Notes: generated by a model not told the origin, from the letters alone. Counted from the stretch's first letter, positions 42,708 through 52,543 are shown. The stretch: 64,000 nt of DNA from an uncultured Gemmatimonadales bacterium (GCA_963761885.1 CAVXIN010000003.1:489508-553507); one strand, 5' to 3'. Made by a program: numbers and translations.

Positions 42708-43136
42708 TCCCCGGCGGCGGCGGCTCGCTCCTGCCGCAGCCGTCGGCACCGGCTCAGCAGCGCCCAGCACAATGCCGACCGTGCGGGCATCCGCCGCGTC
42801 GGCCGTCCCCGTCCCCGCGACTCGCGCGGATGCTGACCTCGACTCGGCGAGCGGGCGACGTGCACCATGCCGCGGGCGTGTCGCCGTCCTCGACGTCGGC
42901 TACGGGGATCGGGTCGCTGCCACATGCACCGCCTCCGGGTGTCGCACGGGATTCCTTTCGCACCCGAGATCCGGATGCGTCGGTCCGCGATGGTTGCAAG
43001 ACGGAAACCACCGCTCCGATCCGCCCCATCTACAGCAACGGCAACAGGATGGTGACGGCCGGTCGAGCGCCGGGCGGCCCGACGCCCGCGTCTCGTCACG
43101 GTTCGCCGGGGTTTGCAACGATCGGAGACGCGAGAA

Positions 43137-43165
43137 GGGCCGGATCGCAGCTGGCGATCCGGCCC
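43137..43165. terminator. Hairpin between convergent PilZ and lipoprotein genes
   Basis: 12-bp stem GGGCCGGATCGC / GCGATCCGGCCC with loop AGCTG, lying 49 nt beyond the minus-strand stop at 43214. The flanking T tract is weak. Confidence 0.45.
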
Positions 43166-43213
43166 TCCTCCTTCAGTACCCGGCCACGAGGGCCGGCGAT
43201 TGCCTACGGCGGG

Positions 43214-43762
43214 TCAGCTCGGTCCGCCGGTTCCACCCATCGGCTTCGCGTCCGAGCGGAGGGCCTGTACCTGACGCTCCGCCGCGTCGAGCGACTCGTT
43301 TACCGCACGCTTGGACTCTTCCCACGTCGCGCGGGTGGCGGTGGCCAGACGGTCCGCGGTCCGGCCGGCGGCCTGACGAGCCTCCTGCGCTGCCGCCACC
43401 GCGTCAGTGCGAGCCTGGTTGGCACCGGCCTTGGCGTCGCGACCCAGCTCGCTCAGCTCGGCGTCGAGGCGGGCGAGACGCTCCTTGACCGCGGAGCGGA
43501 ACTCGTCGCGGCTATCATAGGACCCGTCGACATTGTCGGTCGCCTCGAGGGCCTCGTTCTTCACGTCCTTGGCGGCGTCCGAGGCGGCGTCACCCACGTC
43601 CTTGCCGGCTTCCTCGACGGAGTTCCCGGCATCCTTCGCCGCGTCGCCGAGATCCTCGGCGGCGTTGTCCACCCGATTCGCCGTGTCACGGTCATCGCGA
43701 TCCTTGCAGGCGGTGCTGAGGGCGAACATCAGCACAGCCGTGGCACAGGCCATCGCTTTCAT
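43214..43762 (-). CDS. Lipoprotein with YtxH/apolipoprotein-like helical repeats
   Basis: MKAMACATAVLMFALSTAC lipobox, followed by repetitive acidic/Ala-rich helices (AAEDLGDAAKDAGNSVEEAGKDVGDAASDAAKDV...). Confidence 0.6.
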   Translation of the reverse strand: MKAMACATAVLMFALSTACKDRDDRDTANRVDNAAEDLGDAAKDAGNSVEEAGKDVGDAASDAAKDVKNEALEATDNVDGSYDSRDEFRSAVKERLARLDAELSELGRDAKAGANQARTDAVAAAQEARQAAGRTADRLATATRATWEESKRAVNESLDAAERQVQALRSDAKPMGGTGGPS

Positions 43763-43985
43763 AGGTAGCCTACCTCCCGATTGGTCCGGCATGGTGTAGT
43801 GGTGCGCTTCGTGCCCGGCGAGGATAACGATCTGGCGAGTTCCGCATGGTGACAGGGCTCACGCCGGGGACGGTCGCCGCCCCGAAAGCCCGGCAACGTC
43901 GTCCGGATCACCAGCCGGGGCGCATGGCGATCACCCCGGGAGCGCGCTTATCCTAGACCCACCCTGATTCGAGGGATAAGCCCAG

Positions 43986-45461
43986 ATGACCGAGCCGGTG
44001 GCCAGGGGAGGCGGACGGGCGACCGCCGGAGCGATACTCGCCCCGGCGCTGGGACTCGCGCTGCTCTGGTGGCCCATGCCCGGGCTGACGCCCGAGGCGC
44101 ACCGGCTCGCCGGCGTGCTCGCGGCGGTGGTGGTCCTCTGGGTGACCGAGGCGCTGCCGCTGCCGGTGACCGCGCTGCTCGGTGCCGCGGCCTGCGTGGT
44201 GCTCGGGTCGCCCCGGCGAAGGAGGTCTTCGCCCCGTTCGCCGATCCGCTGATGTTCCTCTTCATCGGCGCGTTCATCCTGGCGCGCGGCATCTTCCTGC
44301 ACGGACTCGACCGCCGCGTCGCCTACGCCGTCCTCTCGCTCCCCTGGGTCGGGGCGCGGCCCAGCCGCATCCTGCTCGCCTTCGGCCCGCCACGGCGCTC
44401 ATCTCGGCGTGGATCTCGAACACCGCCACGACCGCCATGATGTTCGGGATCGGGCTCTCGATCCTCGGCGCCCTCGGCGCGCTCGGGGACCGCGGTCCGG
44501 ATCGACCCGCGCTACGCGACCGCGCTGATGCTGATGACCTCGTTCGCCGCGTCGATCGGAGGTCTGGCGACGCCGGTGGGCACGCCGCCGAACCTGATCG
44601 GCATCGGCTTCATCCGCTCGCAGCTGGGGGTGGAGATCACCTTCTTCCGCTGGATGCTGATCGGGGTTCCGGTCGTGGTCGTGCTGTTCGCGTTCCTGTA
44701 CTGGTATCTCGACCGGATGGGGCCGGCGGGGGTGCGAGAGCTACCCGCCGGGGCCGGCGGTGATCCGGCGGGAACGGGAGGCGCTGGGCGCGTGGACGGC
44801 GGGACAGCGATCGGTCGCGGTCGCGTTCGCGATCACGATCGCGCTCTGGATCGTGCCCGGCATCGCGGCACTGGTGCTGGGTGAAGGCAGCGCGATCTAT
44901 CAGACCCTGAGCCGGCGGGTGCCCGAGGGCGTCGCGGCGCTGATCGGGGCGTCGCTGCTCTTCGTGCTGCCCGGCCGCGACGGACGCGCCATCACCTGGC
45001 GCGAGGCCGCGGAGATCGACTGGGGCGTGGTGCTGCTCTACGGCGGCGGGTTCGCGCTCGGCGTGCTGTCGTTCCAGACCGGGCTGGCCGAGGCGATGGG
45101 GCGCGGCCTCACCGGTCTCCTGCCGGTCGAAGGGAGCTTCGGGCTGCTGGTGGCGTCGGTGGTGTTCGCGACGCTGCTGTCGGAGACCACCTCGAACACC
45201 GCCTCCGCCAACATGGTGGTGCCGGTCGTGATCTCCATCGCCCGGGCGGCCGGGCTGGACCCCCTCGAGCCCGCCCTCGGCGCGACGCTGGCGTCTAGCC
45301 TGGGGTTCATGCTGCCGGTCTCCACCCCGTGCAACGCGATCGTCTACGGCTCGGGCTACATCCCCCTGGGGCGCATGATCCGATGGGGGTTGGCCTTGGA
45401 CCTCGCGGGCGTGGTGGTGATCGTTGCCGTGGTGCGGGCGCTGTCGCATTTGGCGAGATAG
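43986..45461 (+). CDS. DASS/SLC13-family anion:sodium symporter, at least 4 frame breaks
   Basis: The pieces in ORFs 43986.., 44069.., 44182.., 44528.. and 44760..45461 join into one transporter: LWVTEALPLPVTALLG, ISAWISNTATTAMM, GGLATPVGTPPNLI, LSETTSNTASANMVVP, PVSTPCNAIVYGSG. Confidence 0.75.
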
Positions 45462-45497
45462 CGGGACAAACCCTGAGACTCGACCATTGGAGTTCGC

Positions 45498-46442
45498 TTG
45501 ACAATCGACTGGCTTCTTACCATCGCATCCTTCGGCATCGGCATCGTCGTGGGACTCACCGGCATGGGCGGCGGCGCACTGATGACGCCGGTGCTGGTGC
45601 TCTTCTTTCAGATCCCTCCCCTGACCGCGGTGTCCTCCGACCTGGTCGCTAGCGCGGTGATGAAGCCGGTGGGATCCTTCGTCCATCTGCGCCGGGGCAC
45701 GGTCCACCTGGGGCTGGTGAAGTGGCTCTGCCTCGGCTCGATCCCCGGCGCCTTCAGCGGCGTCCTGATCGCGCGGGCGCTGGGCCGAGGTCAGGAAGTG
45801 CAGGACGTGATCCGGTTGTCGTTGGGCGTGGCCCTGCTGTTGGCCGCATTCGGCCTCACGCTCCGGGCCTATCTCCGGCTGCTGGAGCATGCCCGCCGCC
45901 GCGATGGACGCGCCCCACCGCTGCCGCAGGGAAAGCCGACGCTGGCGCTGCGTCCGGTCCCCACGGTGCTCGTGGGCATCATCGGTGGCATCGTCGTCGG
46001 CATGACGTCGGTGGGGTCAGGATCGCTCATCATCATCGCGCTCATGGCGCTCTACCCGACGCTCAAGGCGAGCGAGCTGGTCGGCACCGACCTGGTCCAG
46101 GCCGTTCCGCTGGTCGCCTCGGCCGCGCTCGGCCACCTGCTGTTTGGCGACTTTCACCTCGACCTCACCACCTCGCTGCTGCTGGGCTGCATTCCCGGGG
46201 TCTGGGTGGGCGCCCACCTGTCGGCGCGAGCGCCAGGCGGGCTGGTCCGGCGGGCCCTGGCCTTCGTGCTGCTGGCGTCGGCGCTCAAGCTGCTCGGTGT
46301 CAGCAACACCGACACCGCCATCACACTGATCGCCGTCCTGCTGATCGCGCCGCTGCTCTGGATGCTGGTGCGGCGCCAGCACGGCTTTCCGGCGATCGCC
46401 CGCCGCGGCCCCCGACCCGCCGACGCCGGAGAGAAGGCCTAG
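45498..46442 (+). CDS. TauE/SafE-family sulfite/anion exporter
   Basis: Intact 314-aa polytopic ORF: GIVVGLTGMGGGALMTPVL and GMTSVGSGSLIIIALM. Confidence 0.82.
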   Translation: MTIDWLLTIASFGIGIVVGLTGMGGGALMTPVLVLFFQIPPLTAVSSDLVASAVMKPVGSFVHLRRGTVHLGLVKWLCLGSIPGAFSGVLIARALGRGQEVQDVIRLSLGVALLLAAFGLTLRAYLRLLEHARRRDGRAPPLPQGKPTLALRPVPTVLVGIIGGIVVGMTSVGSGSLIIIALMALYPTLKASELVGTDLVQAVPLVASAALGHLLFGDFHLDLTTSLLLGCIPGVWVGAHLSARAPGGLVRRALAFVLLASALKLLGVSNTDTAITLIAVLLIAPLLWMLVRRQHGFPAIARRGPRPADAGEKA

Positions 46443-46448
46443 GACCGC

Positions 46449-47720
46449 TCAGCGGCGCGGCGCGATCTTCCAGAGCTCGCCCTTCCGCTCGTCGGTCACG
46501 AGATAGAGCGCGCCATCGGGACCCTGCCGGACGTCACGGACGCGCTGGCCCCGGTCGGTGAGCAGATGTTCCTCCCCGGTGACGCGGCCATCCGCGAGCG
46601 TCAGGCGCACCAGCATCTTGTCCTTCATGCTGCCGATGAAGAGGTTGTCGCGCCAGGCCGGGAAGGCATCGCCGGAGTAGAACTGCGCCCCTGACGGCGC
46701 GATCACCGGATCCCAGTAGTAGGCCGGCTGCTCCATCCCCTCGCGCGCGGTCGCGGCATTCGGGATCGGCACCCCGGAGTACTCCTCGCCGTATGCCTGC
46801 AGCGGCCAGCCGTAGTTCTTTCCTTTCTCGACTTTGTTGAGCTCGTCGCCCCCGTTGGTGCCGTGCTCGATCTCCCAGAGCTGGCCGCCGCCGTCGAAGG
46901 CGGCCGCCTGCACGTTGCGGTGGCCCAGCGACCAGATCTCCGGACGCGCGCCGTCCTTGCCGACGAAGGGGTTGTCCTCGGGCACGGTGCCGTCCGGACG
47001 GATGCGCAGGATCTTGCCCATGTGGCTGTCGAGCCGCTGCGCCTGCGGGCGCATCGGCGCGTCGGAGCGCTCGCCCAGGGTGACGTAGAGCATCTGGTCG
47101 GGCCCGAACACGAGGCGGGATCCGAAGTGCTTGTCGCCATCGTAGGTCGGCAGCGCGCGCAGAATCACCTTCAGCTGCTCGAGTCTGGTACGATCAGGGG
47201 AGAGGACCGCGCGGGCCACGCTGGTCGCGTTCCCGCCATCGCGTGGCTCGGAGTAGCTCCAGAAGATCGTGCGATCGCTCTCGAACGCGGGGCTGAGCGC
47301 CACGTCGAGAAGACCTCCCTGCCCGCCGGCAGCCACCTCCGGTACGCCGACGATCGGCCTGCCCACCGCTCCTCCGGCCGACACGATCCGCATCCGGCCC
47401 GGCTTCTCGGTCACCAGGAAGTCCCCGCCGGGAAGCGGTTCGACCGCCCAGGGGTTCACCAGGCCGGTCGCGACCACCGTGACGTCGAACGCCGCCTCCG
47501 AGGTGATGCCGCAGGCCCGGGTCTGCTCGCGGAACGCCGGCTTCTGGTCGGGAGCGTTGGGCTGGCGGGACTCCAGCGGGGTGCAGGCCGCATTGCTGGC
47601 GTCGCGGGCGGTGGATTGCGATTCGGCGCGCACGGCGGAATCGCCCGGCCGCGGGCTGCAGGCGATGGTGACGGGAGCGATGGCGAGCAGCGTGGCTGCG
47701 ACAATGCGGAGCGGGTGCAT
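46449..47720 (-). CDS. PQQ-dependent sugar (aldose/sorbosone) dehydrogenase, secreted
   Basis: Intact 423-aa ORF with a lipoprotein-like signal (PVTIAC). Motifs: GGLLDVALSP, GSRLVFGPD, LGHRNVQAAAFD, EHGTNGGDELN, NYGWP. Confidence 0.85.
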   Translation of the reverse strand: MHPLRIVAATLLAIAPVTIACSPRPGDSAVRAESQSTARDASNAACTPLESRQPNAPDQKPAFREQTRACGITSEAAFDVTVVATGLVNPWAVEPLPGGDFLVTEKPGRMRIVSAGGAVGRPIVGVPEVAAGGQGGLLDVALSPAFESDRTIFWSYSEPRDGGNATSVARAVLSPDRTRLEQLKVILRALPTYDGDKHFGSRLVFGPDQMLYVTLGERSDAPMRPQAQRLDSHMGKILRIRPDGTVPEDNPFVGKDGARPEIWSLGHRNVQAAAFDGGGQLWEIEHGTNGGDELNKVEKGKNYGWPLQAYGEEYSGVPIPNAATAREGMEQPAYYWDPVIAPSGAQFYSGDAFPAWRDNLFIGSMKDKMLVRLTLADGRVTGEEHLLTDRGQRVRDVRQGPDGALYLVTDERKGELWKIAPRR

Positions 47721-47736
47721 AAGTCCTTTCGGTAGG

Positions 47737-47772
47737 GCGGACGCCTCTGGGTGCGGCGGACCCCTCTGGGTG
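47737..47772. repeat. Tandem 17-nt direct repeat upstream of the PQQ dehydrogenase gene
   Basis: GCGGACGCCTCTGGGTG (47737-47753) and GCGGACCCCTCTGGGTG (47756-47772): one mismatch, 19-nt period, 17-52 nt upstream of the minus-strand start at 47720. Confidence 0.7.
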
Positions 47773-47881
47773 ATGAAATCATTGCTACGCCGCGACAGGC
47801 AGGATGAGCGGTGACGATCGTCACCAGCCGGCCAGACTAGCGGTGCCTGACTCGATACTGCGCGGAGCGGCGATCCACTGG

Positions 47882-48349
47882 CTAGCGCGGATGCCTGGCA
47901 TCCCCCAGCAGGTCGATCAGCGTGCGGAGCTTCCGCTCTCCCATGTGTCCGAGGCGCTCGCGGTGGAGCTTCTCCACGACGTCGTCGAGAGAGCGCAGGA
48001 GGTCGAGCCCGTGCCTGGTGATCCGGCTGTGCACGAAGCGTCGGTCCTCGCCTTGCCGGGCGCGCACCACCAGACCCATGTCCACCAGGCGGTCGAGAAG
48101 GCGGGTGGCATCAGGCACTCGGGCGATGAGCCGGTCCCGTACCTCGTTGCGGGAGAGGCCATCGGGCTCGGCGCCTCGGAGGATGCGGAGTGCGTTGAAC
48201 TGGGTGGGCGTGAGGCCGGAGGGCTTGAGCGCCTCCGCGGTGGCGTGATCCAGGATCGCGGCGGTGCGGGCGATGCTGAGCATGGCCTCCTGCTCGGCGC
48301 TGCGGAACGGCTTCCGCTGCTTGAGCTCGGCCTGGAGCGAAGTCGGCAT
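47882..48349 (-). CDS. MarR-family transcriptional regulator
   Basis: Intact 155-aa ORF with a winged-helix core (LTPTQFNALRILRGAEPDGLSRNEVRDRLIARVPDATRLLDRLVDMGLV..R...DRR). Confidence 0.85.
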   Translation of the reverse strand: MPTSLQAELKQRKPFRSAEQEAMLSIARTAAILDHATAEALKPSGLTPTQFNALRILRGAEPDGLSRNEVRDRLIARVPDATRLLDRLVDMGLVVRARQGEDRRFVHSRITRHGLDLLRSLDDVVEKLHRERLGHMGERKLRTLIDLLGDARHPR

Positions 48350-48354
48350 ACCCT

Positions 48355-48382
48355 AATATATGTTACAACACTCACAATCAAA
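48355..48382 (-). promoter_or_regulatory. Candidate promoter of marR (possibly leaderless)
   Basis: On the minus strand: TTTGAT (48382-48377), a 16-nt spacer, TATATT (48360-48355). The -10 element ends 5 nt before ATG 48349. This is the only AT-rich patch in the area. Confidence 0.35.
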
Positions 48383-48434
48383 CCCGAACGGTTGGTTGTC
48401 CTGACCGTCGTCAAGGCGCGCCAGCCCGCGCCGC

Positions 48435-50543
48435 TCACACAGCGGATCGCCTGAGCAGCTGGGCATTGATGGCGACGATGACCGTGCTCAGCGACATGAG
48501 CACCGCGCCGACGGCCGGGGACAACAGGATGCCCTGTCCGGCCAGGACCCCGGCCGCCAGCGGGATGGCGACCACGTTGTAGCCGGCGGCCCACCACAGG
48601 TTCTGGACCATCTTGCGGTAGCTCGCTCGACTGAGCCGCACGATCCGCGGCACATCCCGGGGATCGCTCCGGACCAGGACGATGTCCCCCGCCTCCACCG
48701 CTACGTCGGTTCCTGCCCCTATGGCTATTCCCACGTCGGCCGTGATCAGGGCCGGCGCGTCGTTCACGCCGTCGCCGACCATCCCGACGCGCTCGCCCGC
48801 GCGCTGGAGTTCCTGAATCTTTCCGACCTTCTGATCCGGCAGGACCTCGGCAAAGACGGTGTCGATACCGAGCTCACCCGCCACGGCATGGGCGACCGGT
48901 CTCGCGTCGCCGGTGAGCATCACGACCTTGATCCCCTGATCGTGCAGCGCCTGAATGGCCTCCCGGGATTCCGGGCGGATCACATCGGCAACGGTGAAGA
49001 CCGCCAGGGCACGCGCACTCGGACCGGCCTCCTCGATCAGGATGATTCCCGCTTGCCCGCGCGCCGCCGCCTGCTGCACCGCTTCCTGCAGGCCTGCCGG
49101 AATCCGGACGGCCCGTGACTTCACCAACGCCGGCCCGCCCATGAGGAAGGATCTCCCGTTCACCCGCGCACTGACCCCGACCCCGGGAAGCGCCTTGAAA
49201 TCTTCCGCGGCGGCGGGGGCAATGCCGCGCTCCCTCGCCGACCGCACGATGCCCTGGGCGATCGTGTGCTCCGAGTCGTGCTCCACCGCGGCGGCGATCC
49301 GAAGCGCCTCCAGCTCGCTCAACCCGTCGGCCGTGGCGATGCCCACGACGCCAAACGTTCCACTGGTCAGGGTCCCGGTCTTGTCGAAGACGATGGCGGT
49401 GAGATTGCGCGCCTCCTCCAGCCCGCGCCGATCCCGAACCAGGAGCCCGCCCCGGGCGCCCAGTGTCGTGGAGATGGCGATCACAAGCGGAACGGCCAGG
49501 CCCAGAGCATGGGGGCAGGAGATCACGAGCACCGTGACCATGCGCTCGACGGCGAACGCGGGGTCACCGCGCAGGGCGAGCCAGACCACGAAGGTCAGCG
49601 CTCCGGCCGCGATCGCCACGATCGTGAGCCAGAATGCCGCCCGGTCGGCCAGCGCCTGAGCTCTCGAGCGGGAGCTCTGAGCCTGCGCGACCAGCCGCAT
49701 GATGCCGGCGAGCGCGGTCTGCTCTCCAGCTCCGGTCACCCTTGCTCGAAGCGACCCCGAGGCGTTCACCGTCCCGGCGATCACCTTGTCCCCCGGTCCC
49801 TTCTTCACGGGACGCGACTCGCCGGTGATCATGGACTCGTTCACCTCTGTGCTGCCTTCGACCACCACCCCATCGGCCGCGATGCTCGCGCCGGGCCGAA
49901 CCAGGATCACGTCTCCCGTATGCAGAGCGTCGATCGGGACCTCTTCGACTTCGGCGCCCTGCACCACCAGCGCGGTATTCGGGAGTAGCTTGGCCAGCTC
50001 CTGGAGCGCGCCCTGAGCCTGTGAGATGGACCGCATCTCGATCCAATGGCCCAGCAGCATGATCGTCACCAGGGTCGCCAGCTCCTCCCAGAGCGGCATG
50101 CCGGGATAGCCGAGCGTCACCACCGCGCTGAACACGAAGGCGACGCCGATGGCCAGGGCGATCAGCGTCATCATGCCGGGCAGCCGGCTTCGAAGCTCCC
50201 GCCATGCACCCTGGATGAACACCAGCCCGCCGTACAGGAAGACCGCCGTGCCGAAGGCCGGCGCGATCCACCGTTGGCCGGGCACGGCAGGTGGGGTGTA
50301 GTTCAAGACCCGGGGCAGCATGTGGCCCCAGATCAGAGTTGGAATGGTGAGCGCGAGGGAGATCCAGAACTTGTCACGGAACATCGCGACGTTGTGGCCG
50401 GCGTGCTTATCGCCGCCGTGCCCGACATGTGCGCCGTGGTCGGGGCGCGGCGGGTCGCGACCGGGGGCGGCATGCCCGTGGTGGTGCCCGGCATGGGCAT
50501 GATGGTCTCCGTGCGCGGCAGAGTCCTCGTGCCCTTCTGCCAC
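48435..50543 (-). CDS. copB: P1B-type heavy-metal ATPase, CopB-like (CPH motif, His-rich N-terminus)
   Basis: Intact. His-rich N-terminus HEDSAAHGDHHAHAGHHHGH..HVGHGGDKHAGH. TM6 ISCPHALGLAVP, DKTGTLT, MLTGD, GDGVNDAPAL. GTG at 50543 lies 5 nt after the upstream Usp stop. Confidence 0.88.
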   Translation of the reverse strand: MAEGHEDSAAHGDHHAHAGHHHGHAAPGRDPPRPDHGAHVGHGGDKHAGHNVAMFRDKFWISLALTIPTLIWGHMLPRVLNYTPPAVPGQRWIAPAFGTAVFLYGGLVFIQGAWRELRSRLPGMMTLIALAIGVAFVFSAVVTLGYPGMPLWEELATLVTIMLLGHWIEMRSISQAQGALQELAKLLPNTALVVQGAEVEEVPIDALHTGDVILVRPGASIAADGVVVEGSTEVNESMITGESRPVKKGPGDKVIAGTVNASGSLRARVTGAGEQTALAGIMRLVAQAQSSRSRAQALADRAAFWLTIVAIAAGALTFVVWLALRGDPAFAVERMVTVLVISCPHALGLAVPLVIAISTTLGARGGLLVRDRRGLEEARNLTAIVFDKTGTLTSGTFGVVGIATADGLSELEALRIAAAVEHDSEHTIAQGIVRSARERGIAPAAAEDFKALPGVGVSARVNGRSFLMGGPALVKSRAVRIPAGLQEAVQQAAARGQAGIILIEEAGPSARALAVFTVADVIRPESREAIQALHDQGIKVVMLTGDARPVAHAVAGELGIDTVFAEVLPDQKVGKIQELQRAGERVGMVGDGVNDAPALITADVGIAIGAGTDVAVEAGDIVLVRSDPRDVPRIVRLSRASYRKMVQNLWWAAGYNVVAIPLAAGVLAGQGILLSPAVGAVLMSLSTVIVAINAQLLRRSAV

Positions 50544-50548
50544 AGAGG

Positions 50549-51493
50549 CTATCTGCCCTTCGGCCGAGTGACGAGCACCGGGAGCTCTCCGGCCCGAACC
50601 AGCTTGTCCGCGACACTTCCCAGCAGGAGGCGCTGCACGCCCCCACGGCCGTGCGTGGCGAGCGCCACCATGCCGATACCCGGACCGCGGGCGACGTCCT
50701 GAATGGTATCGAACGCGCTGCCGCCGAGCACGGCGGCCGCCGAGGCCGGCACGCCACCCTCCCTCAGCCACTCAACCATGCCGTCCAGGTAGTCCTGTGC
50801 CTCTCGCCGCTGGATGGCAGTCAGCTGCTCGTCGAACCCCATGGGGTACGAGGTCGGTGGGTCCGTGGCGATCAGCACCGGATGGACTGCCTGCATCAGC
50901 TCGAGTCGGGCGCCGAACACATGCGCCATGGCCTGCGCGACCGGCAAGGCCGCCTCCGCCCTGCGGGACCCGTCCAGTGGGACCAGAATCCGTTCGACCC
51001 CGACGGTGAGCGTCGCACCCTCCCGCGGGCGAATGAGCAGCAGCGGCACCTCGAGGGTTCTGACCAGCAGATCGGCCACGCTGCCGATCCACGCCCGCTG
51101 AATGCCGCCCCGGCCGTGAGTCGTCATGACCACCAGGTCCACCCCAATCTCGCCGACGTACTTCTTCAGGGCGGCGGCCGGCACTCCTTCGAGCATGGCG
51201 GTCGCAGTGGGGACCGTCTCCTCAGCCTTGATGCGACCGGCGATCCGGTGGAGATAGTCGCGCTGCGATTTTCTCAGCGCGAGCTCCACCTTGGTGTACA
51301 AGCGCGCGGTCGCCTCGTCGAGCGGTGGCGGGGAGGGGAATTGATGCACCATGGCCAGACGGAGCCGGGCCCGGAACTTCCGGGCTATGGCAACGGCCCA
51401 GGGCAACCCCTGCTCGGCAAAGCGCGAGCCGTCCAGCGGGACCACGATGGACCGGATCTTGAGACGCTCCGGCCCGGGCGAGGTCTTCTTCAT
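50549..51493 (-). CDS. Universal stress protein, tandem UspA domains
   Basis: Starts MKKTSPGPERLKIRSIVVPLDGS. Two Usp units each end in a G..G(9)G(S/T)-type motif (THGRGGIQRAWIGSVAD; THGRGGVQRLLLGSVAD). Confidence 0.85.
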   Translation of the reverse strand: MKKTSPGPERLKIRSIVVPLDGSRFAEQGLPWAVAIARKFRARLRLAMVHQFPSPPPLDEATARLYTKVELALRKSQRDYLHRIAGRIKAEETVPTATAMLEGVPAAALKKYVGEIGVDLVVMTTHGRGGIQRAWIGSVADLLVRTLEVPLLLIRPREGATLTVGVERILVPLDGSRRAEAALPVAQAMAHVFGARLELMQAVHPVLIATDPPTSYPMGFDEQLTAIQRREAQDYLDGMVEWLREGGVPASAAAVLGGSAFDTIQDVARGPGIGMVALATHGRGGVQRLLLGSVADKLVRAGELPVLVTRPKGR

Positions 51494-51702
51494 GGACGGC
51501 TCCGGTCGAGGGCGGCGCGGATCGGGCAGAACCCGGTGATCGCGGTTCCAAAGGGCAAGAGACCGACCAGCGTGAGATAGCGCCACGGCTCCGGCAGCGC
51601 ACCGTAGAGTCCCAGGAGCATGACGCCTACGATCAATCGGACAACGCGGTCCATCCTGCCGAGATTCGCCTTCACGATGTCCTCCGGAACCGAAGTAGTC
51701 AC
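51490..51702 (-). CDS. DUF2892 (YgaP-like) small membrane protein
   Basis: 70 aa: NLGRMDRVVRLIVGVMLLGL...LLPFGTAITGFCPI. It has 4-nt overlaps with both flanking Usp genes. Confidence 0.7.
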   Translation of the reverse strand: MTTSVPEDIVKANLGRMDRVVRLIVGVMLLGLYGALPEPWRYLTLVGLLPFGTAITGFCPIRAALDRSRP

Positions 51703-52496
51703 AGCGGGATGGTCAGGACCGGACAGGGCGCGGTGTGCGCCAGGTGGCGTCCCACGCCACCGAGCTCGAGTGTTCCCGGCGCCCCACCCCGGCGAACGCC
51801 GATCGCGAGCAGGTCTGCCCCAATATCACCAATTTCGGCGAGAACCTGCTCGAAGATCGATCCGGCCCGCACCGTGAGCTTTTCCCCCAACTCGGACCGG
51901 AGGCCGAGCGTGCCGGCGAGGGGCGCCGGGGCCACTTTCGACAACTCCTCGGAAGTCCACGGCTCCACCGTCACCGCGTGGATGGTCGCGCCGATGCTCC
52001 GGGCCACGTCGCACGCCTCCTGCACCACGCGTCGTCCGCGCACCGTCCCGTCCACTGCCGCCAGTATCCGGCGGATGGGCGTGGCGCCCGGCGGCACCAG
52101 CAGGCACGGCAAGCGGCTCCGACGAATCACCTCGTCGGCCGTGTCGCCCTGCCGGAATCGCGAGGCCTGGGTGCGCGGCTTCCGGCCCAGCACGATGAGG
52201 TCGGCCGAAGTGGCCTCGGCATGACGGGGGATCTCGATGCTCGGATGGCCGAAGCCTACGTGCACCTGAACCGCCCCAGCGGCGTTCTCTCCGGCACCGG
52301 CGGCCCATCGTTCCAGCGCTTCGCGGTGCGCGTCGGACGAATCGCGATACGCACCCACCGGCACTCGTTGGCCGGTGATGGTGCGCATGACCGTCACCGC
52401 CGCCGCGGCGCGCCTCGCCAGGTCCAGGGCGGCGCGGTATGCATGCCGCGATGCGTCCGAAGTGTCGGTCGCGACCAGGATGCGATCCAGCTTCAC
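51699..52496 (-). CDS. Universal stress protein, tandem UspA domains
   Basis: GTG at 52496 is preceded by GAGGAG. LDRILVATDTSDAS...IVLGRKPR and RRILAAVDGTVRG...GVRRGGAPGTLELGGVGRHLAH. It forms the C-terminal 265 aa of ORF 51699..53699. Confidence 0.8.
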   Translation of the reverse strand: MKLDRILVATDTSDASRHAYRAALDLARRAAAAVTVMRTITGQRVPVGAYRDSSDAHREALERWAAGAGENAAGAVQVHVGFGHPSIEIPRHAEATSADLIVLGRKPRTQASRFRQGDTADEVIRRSRLPCLLVPPGATPIRRILAAVDGTVRGRRVVQEACDVARSIGATIHAVTVEPWTSEELSKVAPAPLAGTLGLRSELGEKLTVRAGSIFEQVLAEIGDIGADLLAIGVRRGGAPGTLELGGVGRHLAHTAPCPVLTIPL

Positions 52497-52543
52497 TCCA
52501 CTGCTCCTCGTCGAGTTCGTGCTGAGAGTAGCGGTGCGCGGCT

